From positions 80,989 to 144,988 of the forward strand of contig JAKIVZ010000002.1 in assembly GCA_022750295.1 (NCBI GenBank): a stretch of 64,000 bases of DNA, read 5' to 3'. Positions 36,594 through 45,156 of the stretch are shown piece by piece. A model generated the notes under the pieces. That model was given only the letters and a program-made list of their open reading frames with translations, made no database searches and was not told the DNA's origin. The first letter of the stretch is position 1; each line of letters begins with the position of its first letter. The position numbers were made by a program, and so were the translations under genes. This DNA comes from Candidatus Lutacidiplasma silvani. Lineage in GTDB: Archaea; Thermoplasmatota; Thermoplasmata; Lutacidiplasmatales; UBA184.

Positions 36594-37274
36594 CTACGCG
36601 ACGAACACGCCGTCGCGCATCCGGAGCGTCCGGTCGCAGCGGGAGGCGACCTGGGGGTCGTGGGTGACGATGACGATCGTCTGGTGGTAGTCGTGATTCA
36701 ACTGCCGGAGGAGGTCGGTCACCTGTTGGGAGCCCTCCTCGTCAAGGTTGCCGGTCGGCTCGTCCGCCCAGACGATCGCGGGCTGGCCGACCAGCGCCCG
36801 GGCGAGGGAGACCCGCTGCTGCTGGCCGCCCGACAGTTCCGATGGCCGGTGGTGCCCCCGGTCGCCGAGACCGAGGTCGGTCAGGATCTTCGTCGCGCGG
36901 GCGCGCGCCTCTTTTTGCGGAACGCCGGCGATCAGGAGCGGGAGCTCGGTGTTCTCCACCGCCGAGAGGATCGGGAGGAGGTTGTAGGACTGGAAGACGA
37001 ACCCCGTCCGTTTCGCCCGGTAGTTGCTCCGGTCGCGGTCCTTCATCGAGTGGACGTTCACGCCTTCGAGCGTCACGGTCCCGCGGGTGATGTCATCGAG
37101 TCCGGAGAAGCAGTTCAGGAGCGTGGTCTTGCCACAGCCGGACGGGCCCATGATGGCGACCATATCGCCCCGGTGCACCTGGACGTTGACCCCTTTCAGG
37201 GCATTGACGGCCGTCTCCCCGGCGCCGTAGGTCTTCCAGACGTCACGACCCTCGACGACGATGTCGGATGCCAT
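36594..37274 (-). CDS. ABC transporter ATP-binding protein (MacB/LolD-like)
   Basis: Walker A GPSGCGKTT, signature LSGGQQQRV, Walker B IVWADEPTGNLD. Confidence 0.9.
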   Translation of the reverse strand: MASDIVVEGRDVWKTYGAGETAVNALKGVNVQVHRGDMVAIMGPSGCGKTTLLNCFSGLDDITRGTVTLEGVNVHSMKDRDRSNYRAKRTGFVFQSYNLLPILSAVENTELPLLIAGVPQKEARARATKILTDLGLGDRGHHRPSELSGGQQQRVSLARALVGQPAIVWADEPTGNLDEEGSQQVTDLLRQLNHDYHQTIVIVTHDPQVASRCDRTLRMRDGVFVA

Positions 37275-37307
37275 CGGCTCGCTCCGGGCGACGTCTTCGC
37301 CGGCCCC

Positions 37308-38681
37308 TTAAACCCGTTTCGTAACGAACCGGTTTGGAACATTACGGGAGACGGTGGAAACGTATTCCGGTCGGACCACCGCCCCGTTCCTCGGACCGAC
37401 GAACTCGCCGTCCGCCACCAAGATCTCGCCCCGACGCAGGTGCCCGTGCGGGAACACCGCCCGGCGCCCCTCGAACGGGGACCAGCCCGCCGGGGAGCGG
37501 AGGTGTTTCCCCTCAATCTTCCGGCCGCGGCGGAAGTCGATCGCGATCAGGTTCGCCCAGTGCCCGGGGGCCAGCCGGCCCATCGGAAGTCCGAACCAAC
37601 GGGCGGGGCGATCCATCGCCGCGCCGAGGAGCACCGGCAGCGGAAGGTCGCCCGACCGGACGAGCTCGAGCATGAGCGGAACCATGGTCTCAACTCCGGG
37701 AACCCCGCTCGGCGCCTTCGAGAACGGCCCCTCCTTGGCCGCCGAGTGATGGGGCGCGTGGTCGCTCGCCAGCAAGGGAACGGCCCCCGAGGCAAACCGA
37801 TCCCACAGGGCGCGGCGGTCGGCCTCGGACCGGAGGGGAGGGTTCGTCTTGGCAAACCCGTCCCCGTCGGAGCGCGCCCGGAGCAAGAGGTGGTGCGGGG
37901 TGGCCTCGCAGGAGATCCCGCCCCCGGCCACCCGGTCCACCGTGTCGGCCTCGGTGGCGTGCGCGATGTGCAGACGAAGGGAACTCGGCGCGCGGAGAAG
38001 GCGATCGACCGCCGCGCGCTCGGCGGCCGGGGGACGGGAGGCGTTCCATCCCTCGGTGGAGCTCGGCGGAACGGACGACGGGGAGAACGCCGGGGGCCAC
38101 TCCGCGTGCACCGACAGGGGGAGGCCGACGGCGGCCACGGCCTCGAGGACCTCGGGGAGACGATCGATCGGGAAATCCTCGACGCCCGTCGTGGGCGCGA
38201 GGTAGAGCTTCAGCGCCCCCGCGACGGGGGCGAGCGACCGGACGGCGGCCGGCGACTGGGCGGAGCCGTAGAGGACGACATCCACCGCGATTCGACCTCG
38301 AGCGAGGGCCGCCTTCTCCTCCCAACGCTCCCGGTCGTCGACGGGAGGGCGAGTGTTCGGCATCTCTCCGACCGCCCCGATGCCCCCGAGGGCCGCGCCC
38401 TCCGTGCCGCTCGCGAACGACTCGGCCGGGTCGGGCCCGTCGGGGTCGCGGAAGTGGACGTGCACGTCGGTGGCGGCCGGAAGGAGGACCGACTCGCCGA
38501 AATCGAGCCGATGGCCGGTATCCCGCAGGTTGCGCGCGATGCGACGGATCCAGCCGTCCTCGTCGACCCCGACCTCGACGGGGCGGAGTTTCCCGTCGAG
38601 CCAGGCTCGGCCGGTGACGACCAGCTCGTACCCGTCCGACCCGGCCCGGGGCCGCCCGTCCGACCCCGGAGCCGCCGCCAT
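37308..38681 (-). CDS. pyrC: dihydroorotase (cyclic amidohydrolase family)
   Basis: DVHVHFRDPDGP...SGTEGAALGGIGAVGEMPNTRPP matches the dihydroorotase/allantoinase metal-binding signature. Confidence 0.7.
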   Translation of the reverse strand: MAAAPGSDGRPRAGSDGYELVVTGRAWLDGKLRPVEVGVDEDGWIRRIARNLRDTGHRLDFGESVLLPAATDVHVHFRDPDGPDPAESFASGTEGAALGGIGAVGEMPNTRPPVDDRERWEEKAALARGRIAVDVVLYGSAQSPAAVRSLAPVAGALKLYLAPTTGVEDFPIDRLPEVLEAVAAVGLPLSVHAEWPPAFSPSSVPPSSTEGWNASRPPAAERAAVDRLLRAPSSLRLHIAHATEADTVDRVAGGGISCEATPHHLLLRARSDGDGFAKTNPPLRSEADRRALWDRFASGAVPLLASDHAPHHSAAKEGPFSKAPSGVPGVETMVPLMLELVRSGDLPLPVLLGAAMDRPARWFGLPMGRLAPGHWANLIAIDFRRGRKIEGKHLRSPAGWSPFEGRRAVFPHGHLRRGEILVADGEFVGPRNGAVVRPEYVSTVSRNVPNRFVTKRV

Positions 38682-38769
38682 CGAGGGCGGGAGGACGTCG
38701 GGGATTAAGGGTCGCGGGGTCCGGCGGCGGAACCCTCTTAGGCAGAGCCCCGGTCGGCCGGCCGATCGG

Positions 38770-39819
38770 ATGGCGAAGACCCCCCGTTGGTCGTACGCCC
38801 GGGCCGGCGTGGACCGGAACGACGTCTCCGATTCGTTGGCCGCCCTGCTCGCCGGGACCCGGTACCGACCGTCGCCGCGGTCCGGGAGGCTCCTCGACTT
38901 GCCCGGACACTACGCCGGACTCGTCCGCATCGGGAGCGAGACCCTCGCCGTGACCACCGACACCGTCGGCACCAAGGTCGTCCTCGCGGAGGAGCTCGGG
39001 AGTTGGGAAGGGGTCGGCGAAGACGTCGTCCAGGTGAACGTCAATGACCTCGCCGCCGTCGGGGCCCGCCCCTCGGTGCTGGTCGACTGCATTCTGTGCG
39101 CCCGACCGGACCCGAAGGTGTTCGCGGCGATCGGGCGCGGGATCGGGCGGGGGCTCAAGCGGGCGCAGGTCGCCCTCGCGGGAGGCGAGACCGCGGTCGT
39201 GCCGGACATCGTCCGGGGCACCGACCTCGGTGGCACCGCGGTCGGCTTCTTCCCCGGTCGACGGCGGCCGGTCACGGGGGACCGGATCCGGGCCGGGGAC
39301 GTCGTCCTCGGAATCCCCGCGAGCGGATTCCACGCGAACGGGTACACGCTCCTTCGCAAACTCCTTCGGGCCCGCAGCGTCGACGTTCGCCGGCCAAGGC
39401 CGGGCGCTCGGCGCCCTCTGGGCGAGGAGCTGCTTCGCCCCGGCCGGATCTACGTGGACGCTTCGGAGGCGGTCGCGGACCTCTCGACGACCCACGGCCT
39501 CGCCCACATCTCGGGCGGCGGTGTTCGGAACCTCGTCCGACTGAACCCCAACGTCCGATTCGAGCTCGACGGATGGCCGTCGGCGGCGGGGGTGTACCGG
39601 TGGGTCGCCGACCTCGGCGAGATCGACCCGGCGGAACTGTACCAGACGTTCAACCTCGGGATCGGGTTCGTCGCGGTCGTCGCCGCGACGGCGGTCGACC
39701 CGACCCGGCGCCGCCTGGCCGCGGCGGGGGTCCGGGATTCGAGGGTCGTCGGTCGCGTGATCTCCGGCGAGGGAGTTTCCCTCCCGCACCTCGGGCTCGA
39801 GTACCACGGGTACGCGTGA
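38770..39819 (+). CDS. purM: phosphoribosylformylglycinamidine cyclo-ligase (AIR synthase)
   Basis: SYARAGVDRND near the N-terminus is the PurM fingerprint. Start assigned to the internal ATG at 38770. Confidence 0.8.
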   Translation: MAKTPRWSYARAGVDRNDVSDSLAALLAGTRYRPSPRSGRLLDLPGHYAGLVRIGSETLAVTTDTVGTKVVLAEELGSWEGVGEDVVQVNVNDLAAVGARPSVLVDCILCARPDPKVFAAIGRGIGRGLKRAQVALAGGETAVVPDIVRGTDLGGTAVGFFPGRRRPVTGDRIRAGDVVLGIPASGFHANGYTLLRKLLRARSVDVRRPRPGARRPLGEELLRPGRIYVDASEAVADLSTTHGLAHISGGGVRNLVRLNPNVRFELDGWPSAAGVYRWVADLGEIDPAELYQTFNLGIGFVAVVAATAVDPTRRRLAAAGVRDSRVVGRVISGEGVSLPHLGLEYHGYA

Positions 39820-39868
39820 CGAACGCCACCGGGCGAACCGTTATCGCGCGTATCCTCGTCGGCCGGGG

Positions 39869-40819
39869 GTGGACCCCGACCTGCAGCGTCGCCTTTCCGC
39901 CGCCGGTCTCGCCCTCATCGCCGCCGGGCTGTGGGCGTCGTACTACGTCTTCGTCCTGACGCTCGCCCCCCACGTCCCGCCATCCGGCCTCATCGTCTGG
40001 CCGTTCGCGTTCGGGGCGCTGGGGTACCTCGTTTGGTCCGGGGCCGGCGGGCACCTCCGGTCGTACGGACCCCTGTCCCGGTCGTGGGCCGCGTGGGCCC
40101 GGGTCGCGCTGCTCGTCCTGATGCAGCTCTCGGTGCTGGCCGAGACGTTCCTCGCCGGAGCCGTCGACACGTCGCTCCTCTCCCTTCTCGGGGACGTCGT
40201 CCTAACCCCGATCCTCGTGATGACGTTCCTCCGCGAGGGGCGGAACCGGGCCCGCGACCCGGTGTTCATCGGGGGGGTCGTGCTCGCGACCGGCGGCGCG
40301 ACGCTGACGATCGTCGCCGGCGGGGCGGTCCGACCCCTCACGGACCTCGCGGCGGTCGTCGCGGCCCTCGTTCCATTCTTCATCGCGATCTACTTCCTGT
40401 CCGCCGCGCAGGAGAACCGGACGACCCCGGCGTCGGCCGTCGTGGGTCACGCGACGATCTTCGCCGCCGTGGGCACGGCGGCCATCGCCGGCCTGCTTCC
40501 CGGCGGCTACGGGGGCCTGGTGTTCCCCTCCATCACGGCGGCCGTGCTCCTCGCGGCGATGGGTCTGACGAGCTTCTTCGTCGCGCCGGCGCTCTACTTC
40601 CGGGCGATCGAGCAGACCGGAATCGTCCTCCCCGCGATCTTGATGGCGTCGATCCCGGTGTTCACGCTCTTCCTCACCGCGGCGTTCTTCCGCGTCGTCC
40701 CGCCGGTGCTCGGGATCGTCGGAGTCCCCCTCGCCGTCGTGGGGGCGGTCCTTGCGCTCCAAGGGGCCCACCCCCCGTGGTCCCGTCGGTATCCCGCCCC
40801 CGGCGCGGCGGCGAAGTAG
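39869..40819 (+). CDS. EamA/DMT-superfamily transporter (10 TM)
   Basis: Ten predicted helices with duplicated-half architecture. Confidence 0.55.
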   Translation: MDPDLQRRLSAAGLALIAAGLWASYYVFVLTLAPHVPPSGLIVWPFAFGALGYLVWSGAGGHLRSYGPLSRSWAAWARVALLVLMQLSVLAETFLAGAVDTSLLSLLGDVVLTPILVMTFLREGRNRARDPVFIGGVVLATGGATLTIVAGGAVRPLTDLAAVVAALVPFFIAIYFLSAAQENRTTPASAVVGHATIFAAVGTAAIAGLLPGGYGGLVFPSITAAVLLAAMGLTSFFVAPALYFRAIEQTGIVLPAILMASIPVFTLFLTAAFFRVVPPVLGIVGVPLAVVGAVLALQGAHPPWSRRYPAPGAAAK

Positions 40820-40823
40820 CGGC

Positions 40824-43283
40824 TCAGCCGAAGTCGGCGAGCGACGTCGGTCGGCGGCGCTTCGGGCCCTTCGCCGCCTCCCCCACGGGAGTGTCGAGGG
40901 TCGCGGCGGACGGACCCGGGGTCGGAAGGGGGGCCTTCTCGACCAGCCGCTGCTGGTGGCTCCCGCGCAGCAGCGCCGCCGCGTCCCAGTCGAACACTTC
41001 GGTCACCCTCGCGAGAGTCTGGGCGACGCGATCGGCGTAGTACGAGTAGTCCGGCGGTTTCAGGAGCTTCCGGCCCTCGCGCCACGGTTCGACCTCCTGC
41101 GGGTTCGCCCGCGCGTCGGTCACGATCCAGGCGACTTTCATCCCGGGGATCACGTCGTACCCCTCCTGCTTGAGCTGGCGGAACACCCGCAGGAACGGGA
41201 GGGCGTCCCGGGTCCCCTCGTTGTACTCCGATTCGGCCCGGACTGAGCGGGCGATCACGAGTCGCTCCGGCGGCACCTCCCCCCGCCGGCACTCCTGGAC
41301 GAGCTCCCGGGACCGTTGCACGGCCCCGTCGGTGTCCCCGGCGAGGACGAGGTCGAACACCTTGAGGAGCGCTTCCGATTGGAAGTCGAACGCATCGGTC
41401 CGACGGGTCTCGTACCCCCGGACGACCAGCTCCTCCTTCGGCCACGCGGTCCGGCCGACGTACCGTTTCTTCGCCCCGTGGGAGAAGAACGAGGCGAACA
41501 CCGACTGGAACTCGAACGTGACCCCGGCGCGGGTGAACCGCTTCGAGATCGACTCGCCGAACTCACGGGACGCCTCGAGCCCCGCGACGGGCGAACGGAC
41601 GAACACCGAGTCGGTGTCCGAGTAGACGACGTCGTGGCCGTCGACTTCGAGCGCCCGGATGATCGTCGTGATCTCGTCGCGGGCGAACGACGTGATCGCC
41701 GACCCGATCTCCTTGTCGGTGAACCGGTAGAAGCTCGAGGCGAGGACCCCATAGAACGAGTTCATGAGGATCTTGACCGCGTTCTGGAGACCGTCGTAGT
41801 ACTGGCGGACGTCGTCGGTCGGTGCCGCCGCCAGCTGGCGCCGGAAGCGGTCCCGGTCGGCGAGGAGCTCCCGGAGGATCTCCGGCACGATCCCGACGCG
41901 GACCTCCGGCGGAACGAACCGGGCGCCCGACGGGCTGACCGTCGTGCCCGTCGGACTGAGCGTCGTGAAGCAGATGTTCCGGCTGATGATGATCGACGGG
42001 TACATCGACTTGAAGTCGAGGACCACCACCCACGCGTAGATCCCCGGCCGGATCGCGTGGACGTACCCGCCCTCGATCGGGTTGTCCCGGTTCATCCGGT
42101 GGGTCGGGGGAACCCCGACGTGGCGTTGGTCGGCGCGGGGGATCAGGAGGGCGTCGATGTACTGCGACGTCCGCCCGTTGAGTCCCTCCTCGAGGGGGAG
42201 GTGGGCGACGGTCGCCAGGTCGGCGGCCTTGTCGATCGCGCGCAGTTTCTGGAGGATCCGGAGGGCGAGGTCGGCGTCGTGCTCGCAGTACTCCATCACC
42301 CGCTCGGAGTTCGCCTCCCACTCGGCGTCGATGTTCCGCCGGTCGACGTCGAGCTTTTGGTCGCCGAGGAGCGTGCGGCTGACGAAATCGAGCGACTCCT
42401 GCTTCGGCCGAAGGTCGCGGCGGGCCGACCACCAGGCGTCGGCGATGACCCGGCCCGACGCCCGCCAGAGCCGGTCGCCCGCCTCCCGGAGCCCGGAGCC
42501 GTCCCGCCCGAAGGGAAGGGGGATCCGGCCGAGCGCCTCGGCGCGTTCGAGGAGGAGGGGGAGGTCGTAGCCGCCGATGTTGTATCCGGTGATGACGTCG
42601 GGGTCTTCCTCCCGAATGATCCGGGCAAACTCCTGGAGGGTTCCCCGCTCGTCGGGCCCCCCGAATCGGAACGTCCCCCGGGTCCCGTCGGCCCGCGCGA
42701 CGACCCCGCAGATGCAGAAGATCGTCCGGTTGCGGATCGAATTCTCGATATCGAATGCCAGCGTGGTGAGCGGCGGGCGGAACGGCTCGGTCGGACGAAG
42801 GTCGGGCCCGCCGTTCGGGTCCGGAACGACCCGGACGACCGTGGCCACGGAGTACTGCCGCCGGACCTCCTCGGCGACTGGCTCCCCCTCGAACCCGATC
42901 GTGAGGGTCAGCCCCTTGTCGTAGAGGAACCGGTGGACGAACGGGATATCGCACGCGAGGACGCTCGCCTCGTCGTTCGGCTTCCGGTACCGCTCCCGGT
43001 ATTCGGGGACCAGCCACGGGGCGTGGAGGGTCACCCGGACCGCCCGTCGGTCGGCGCCGGCGAGCCATGTCGTCTCCTCGGTGAGGGAGATGATCTGGGG
43101 GTCGGCGCGGAGCCGGGTCAGCGACTCCTCCGTCGGTTCGGTCAGGAGGAAGTACGGCCGGAACCCCTCGTACCGGGCCACGACCGGTTCCCCGGACCGG
43201 CTCCGCCCGAACAGCTCGAGGACCGGTTCGTCCCCGACCCGCTGGTACGAACCGCCGAGAAGGAACAGTTCGTAGGCGGTCAC
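40824..43283 (-). CDS. polB: family B DNA polymerase
   Basis: Pol B motifs KILMNSFYG (motif B) and YSDTDSVFV (motif C), plus exonuclease motifs. Start set at GTG 43283 (VTAYELFLLGGSY, preceded by GGGG); the ORF upstream to 43523 is Arg/Ser-rich junk overlapping udg. Confidence 0.85.
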   Translation of the reverse strand: MTAYELFLLGGSYQRVGDEPVLELFGRSRSGEPVVARYEGFRPYFLLTEPTEESLTRLRADPQIISLTEETTWLAGADRRAVRVTLHAPWLVPEYRERYRKPNDEASVLACDIPFVHRFLYDKGLTLTIGFEGEPVAEEVRRQYSVATVVRVVPDPNGGPDLRPTEPFRPPLTTLAFDIENSIRNRTIFCICGVVARADGTRGTFRFGGPDERGTLQEFARIIREEDPDVITGYNIGGYDLPLLLERAEALGRIPLPFGRDGSGLREAGDRLWRASGRVIADAWWSARRDLRPKQESLDFVSRTLLGDQKLDVDRRNIDAEWEANSERVMEYCEHDADLALRILQKLRAIDKAADLATVAHLPLEEGLNGRTSQYIDALLIPRADQRHVGVPPTHRMNRDNPIEGGYVHAIRPGIYAWVVVLDFKSMYPSIIISRNICFTTLSPTGTTVSPSGARFVPPEVRVGIVPEILRELLADRDRFRRQLAAAPTDDVRQYYDGLQNAVKILMNSFYGVLASSFYRFTDKEIGSAITSFARDEITTIIRALEVDGHDVVYSDTDSVFVRSPVAGLEASREFGESISKRFTRAGVTFEFQSVFASFFSHGAKKRYVGRTAWPKEELVVRGYETRRTDAFDFQSEALLKVFDLVLAGDTDGAVQRSRELVQECRRGEVPPERLVIARSVRAESEYNEGTRDALPFLRVFRQLKQEGYDVIPGMKVAWIVTDARANPQEVEPWREGRKLLKPPDYSYYADRVAQTLARVTEVFDWDAAALLRGSHQQRLVEKAPLPTPGPSAATLDTPVGEAAKGPKRRRPTSLADFG

Positions 43284-43317
43284 AGGGCCCCGGACAAGGG
43301 CGCGTGTAATAGGCGTT

Positions 43318-43950
43318 TCAGCCGCGGGCGAGGAGCGCGCGAAGCCGGTCGAGGTCGTCCGTCCAGCGCGCGAGGTTTTTCCGGGACCGGAACGTGGCCG
43401 CCGGGTGCAGCAACGGGAACATCGTCCACCCCGCCGTGACCCTCTGGAACCCCGCCGCGGCGGTGATCCGGGGCGCGGACGGGTCGAGCGTCGCGAGCGC
43501 GTGGGCGCCGAGTGGGAGCACAAGGTCCGGGGCGAGCAGCTCGAGCTGCCGGTCGAGGAACGGGCGGCACGTCGCCGCGGACGACCGAGAGAACACGTTC
43601 GCCGGGGGACGGCATTTCAGGAGGTTCACGATCCCGAACTCCTCCCCGAGCAAGCCGAGCCGGGCGATCCCTTCGTCGAGGCGCTTCCCCGACCGCCCCA
43701 CGAACGGAACGCCGCGCCGGTCCTCCTCGGCGCCCGGGGCTTCTCCGATGAACACCAGGCGGGGATGGTCGCCCCCCCGGTAGATCACGGCATTCGTCCG
43801 GCCCCGGTGGAGTTCGCACCGCTCGCAAACGCGGATCTCCGCGCTCAGACGCTCCCAGGCCGGCCCCGTCGCGCCGGCCTTCCGAGAACTCGTCAACTTG
43901 CTCCCCCCTGGGAGCGCAGAGGACAAGTCGGGCTTCACGATTTGGGCCAA
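43318..43950 (-). CDS. udg: uracil-DNA glycosylase, family 4 (Fe-S type)
   Basis: CERCELH Cys cluster, GEAPGAEEDRRGVPFVGRSG and HPA motifs. Confidence 0.8.
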   Translation of the reverse strand: MAQIVKPDLSSALPGGSKLTSSRKAGATGPAWERLSAEIRVCERCELHRGRTNAVIYRGGDHPRLVFIGEAPGAEEDRRGVPFVGRSGKRLDEGIARLGLLGEEFGIVNLLKCRPPANVFSRSSAATCRPFLDRQLELLAPDLVLPLGAHALATLDPSAPRITAAAGFQRVTAGWTMFPLLHPAATFRSRKNLARWTDDLDRLRALLARG

Positions 43951-44003
43951 TTCCCGGCCCTCGGCGCCGCCCGGTTCCGTCGTCGTCGCCGGCCGGAGTG
44001 ACC

Positions 44004-44011
44004 CTTAAATA
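44004..44011. promoter_or_regulatory. TATA box (CTTAAATA) in the divergent udg/rps12 intergenic region
   Basis: 33 nt upstream of the rps12 ATG. The reverse complement could also serve udg. Confidence 0.45.
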
Positions 44012-44043
44012 CCGAGGCTCGGTGGCACGGACCCTCCAAAGCC

Positions 44044-44478
44044 ATGGCGCCGCCATCCGGCCTGAACACCGCGGGCAAGCTATCGTCGCTTCGCCAGCGG
44101 AGGCGCTGGTCGGACCGGTACTACAAGCGCCGAACCCTCCATCTCAAGGAACGGTCGGACCCCCTCGAGGGCGCTCCCCAGGGCCGTGGGATCGTCCTCG
44201 AAAAGGTCGGGGTTGAGGCGAAGCAGCCGAACTCCGCCATTCGGAAGTGCATCAAAGTCCAACTGATCAAGAACGGCCGGCAGATTACCGCGTTCGCCGT
44301 CGGCGACGGCGCGATCAACTTCATCGATGAGCACGACGAGGTCTTGGTCGAAGGGATCGGAGGGCGCATGGGCCGCTCGTACGGCGACATTCCCGGCGTC
44401 CGCTACAAAGTGATCCAGGTGAACGGCACGTCGCTCGACGAGCTGGTGCGCGGGCGCAAGGAGAAACCCCAGCGATGA
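44044..44478 (+). CDS. rps12: 30S ribosomal protein S12 (uS12)
   Basis: [10 protein letters not shown] signature. Confidence 0.9.
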   Translation: MAPPSGLNTAGKLSSLRQRRRWSDRYYKRRTLHLKERSDPLEGAPQGRGIVLEKVGVEAKQPNSAIRKCIKVQLIKNGRQITAFAVGDGAINFIDEHDEVLVEGIGGRMGRSYGDIPGVRYKVIQVNGTSLDELVRGRKEKPQR

Positions 44479-45134
44479 GCGGATCCCCGGAGTCGATGAT
44501 GCCCCCCGCCGACGGCCCCGATGCCGGACCGGTCGTCCAGCGGACCGCGGCCCCCCCGCCGCCCCCGTTCCCGCTTCCCCCGCTGTTCGGCAAGTACTCC
44601 TTCGAGGGGATCGAGGTCCACGACCCCGGGCTGCAGCCGTACCTCTACCTCCACCCGATCTACGCCCCGCATTCGGAGGGCAAGCTCTCCGGACGGCCGT
44701 TCATGAAGAGCCACATGCACGTGGTCGAACGGCTCGCGAACAACCTGATGAAAGGCGGGAAGTTCACCGGGAAGAAGGGGAAGGCGCTCGCGACCGTCCG
44801 GATGGCGTTCGACGAGCTCGCCCTGCGCGAGAAGAAGAACCCCCTCCAACTCCTCGTCGATGCGATCGAGAACGCCGCCCCCCGCGAGGAGGTCACCCGT
44901 CTCCAGTTCGGTGGCATCTCCGTCCCCCGGGCCGTGGACGCCTCGCCCGCACGCCGGGCCGGTGTCGCCATCCGGAACCTCGCGCAAGGCGCGATCACCG
45001 CGTCCCACAAGTCGACGAAGTCGATCCATAGCTGCCTCGCCAACGAGATCGCCCTCGCCGCGAAGGGCGACCTGACCAGCTACGCCGTCGGACGCAAGGA
45101 AGAGGTCGAGCGGGTCGCCCAGTCGGCCCGGTAG
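44475..45134 (+). CDS. rps7: 30S ribosomal protein S7 (uS7)
   Basis: uS7 fold signature ([10 protein letters not shown]...); overlaps the rps12 stop (ATGA). Confidence 0.9.
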   Translation: MSGSPESMMPPADGPDAGPVVQRTAAPPPPPFPLPPLFGKYSFEGIEVHDPGLQPYLYLHPIYAPHSEGKLSGRPFMKSHMHVVERLANNLMKGGKFTGKKGKALATVRMAFDELALREKKNPLQLLVDAIENAAPREEVTRLQFGGISVPRAVDASPARRAGVAIRNLAQGAITASHKSTKSIHSCLANEIALAAKGDLTSYAVGRKEEVERVAQSAR

Positions 45135-45156
45135 GCGCTCCCGGAGAGACGGATCG

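Noticed and set aside
34125-38708. 678-aa and 821-aa plus-strand ORFs
   Set aside because: Antisense to the ABC permease, ABC ATPase and pyrC genes. Asp/Glu/Arg-rich junk.
37690-39807. 705-aa minus-strand ORF
   Set aside because: Antisense to purM and pyrC. Arg/Pro/Gly-rich.
41316-43439. 707-aa plus-strand ORF
   Set aside because: Antisense to polB. Asp/Arg/Glu-rich low-complexity.
43284-43523. First 80 codons of the polB ORF (MCSHSAPTRSRRS...)
   Set aside because: Arg/Ser-rich sequence that overlaps the udg 3' end. PolB homology begins at the GTG at 43283.
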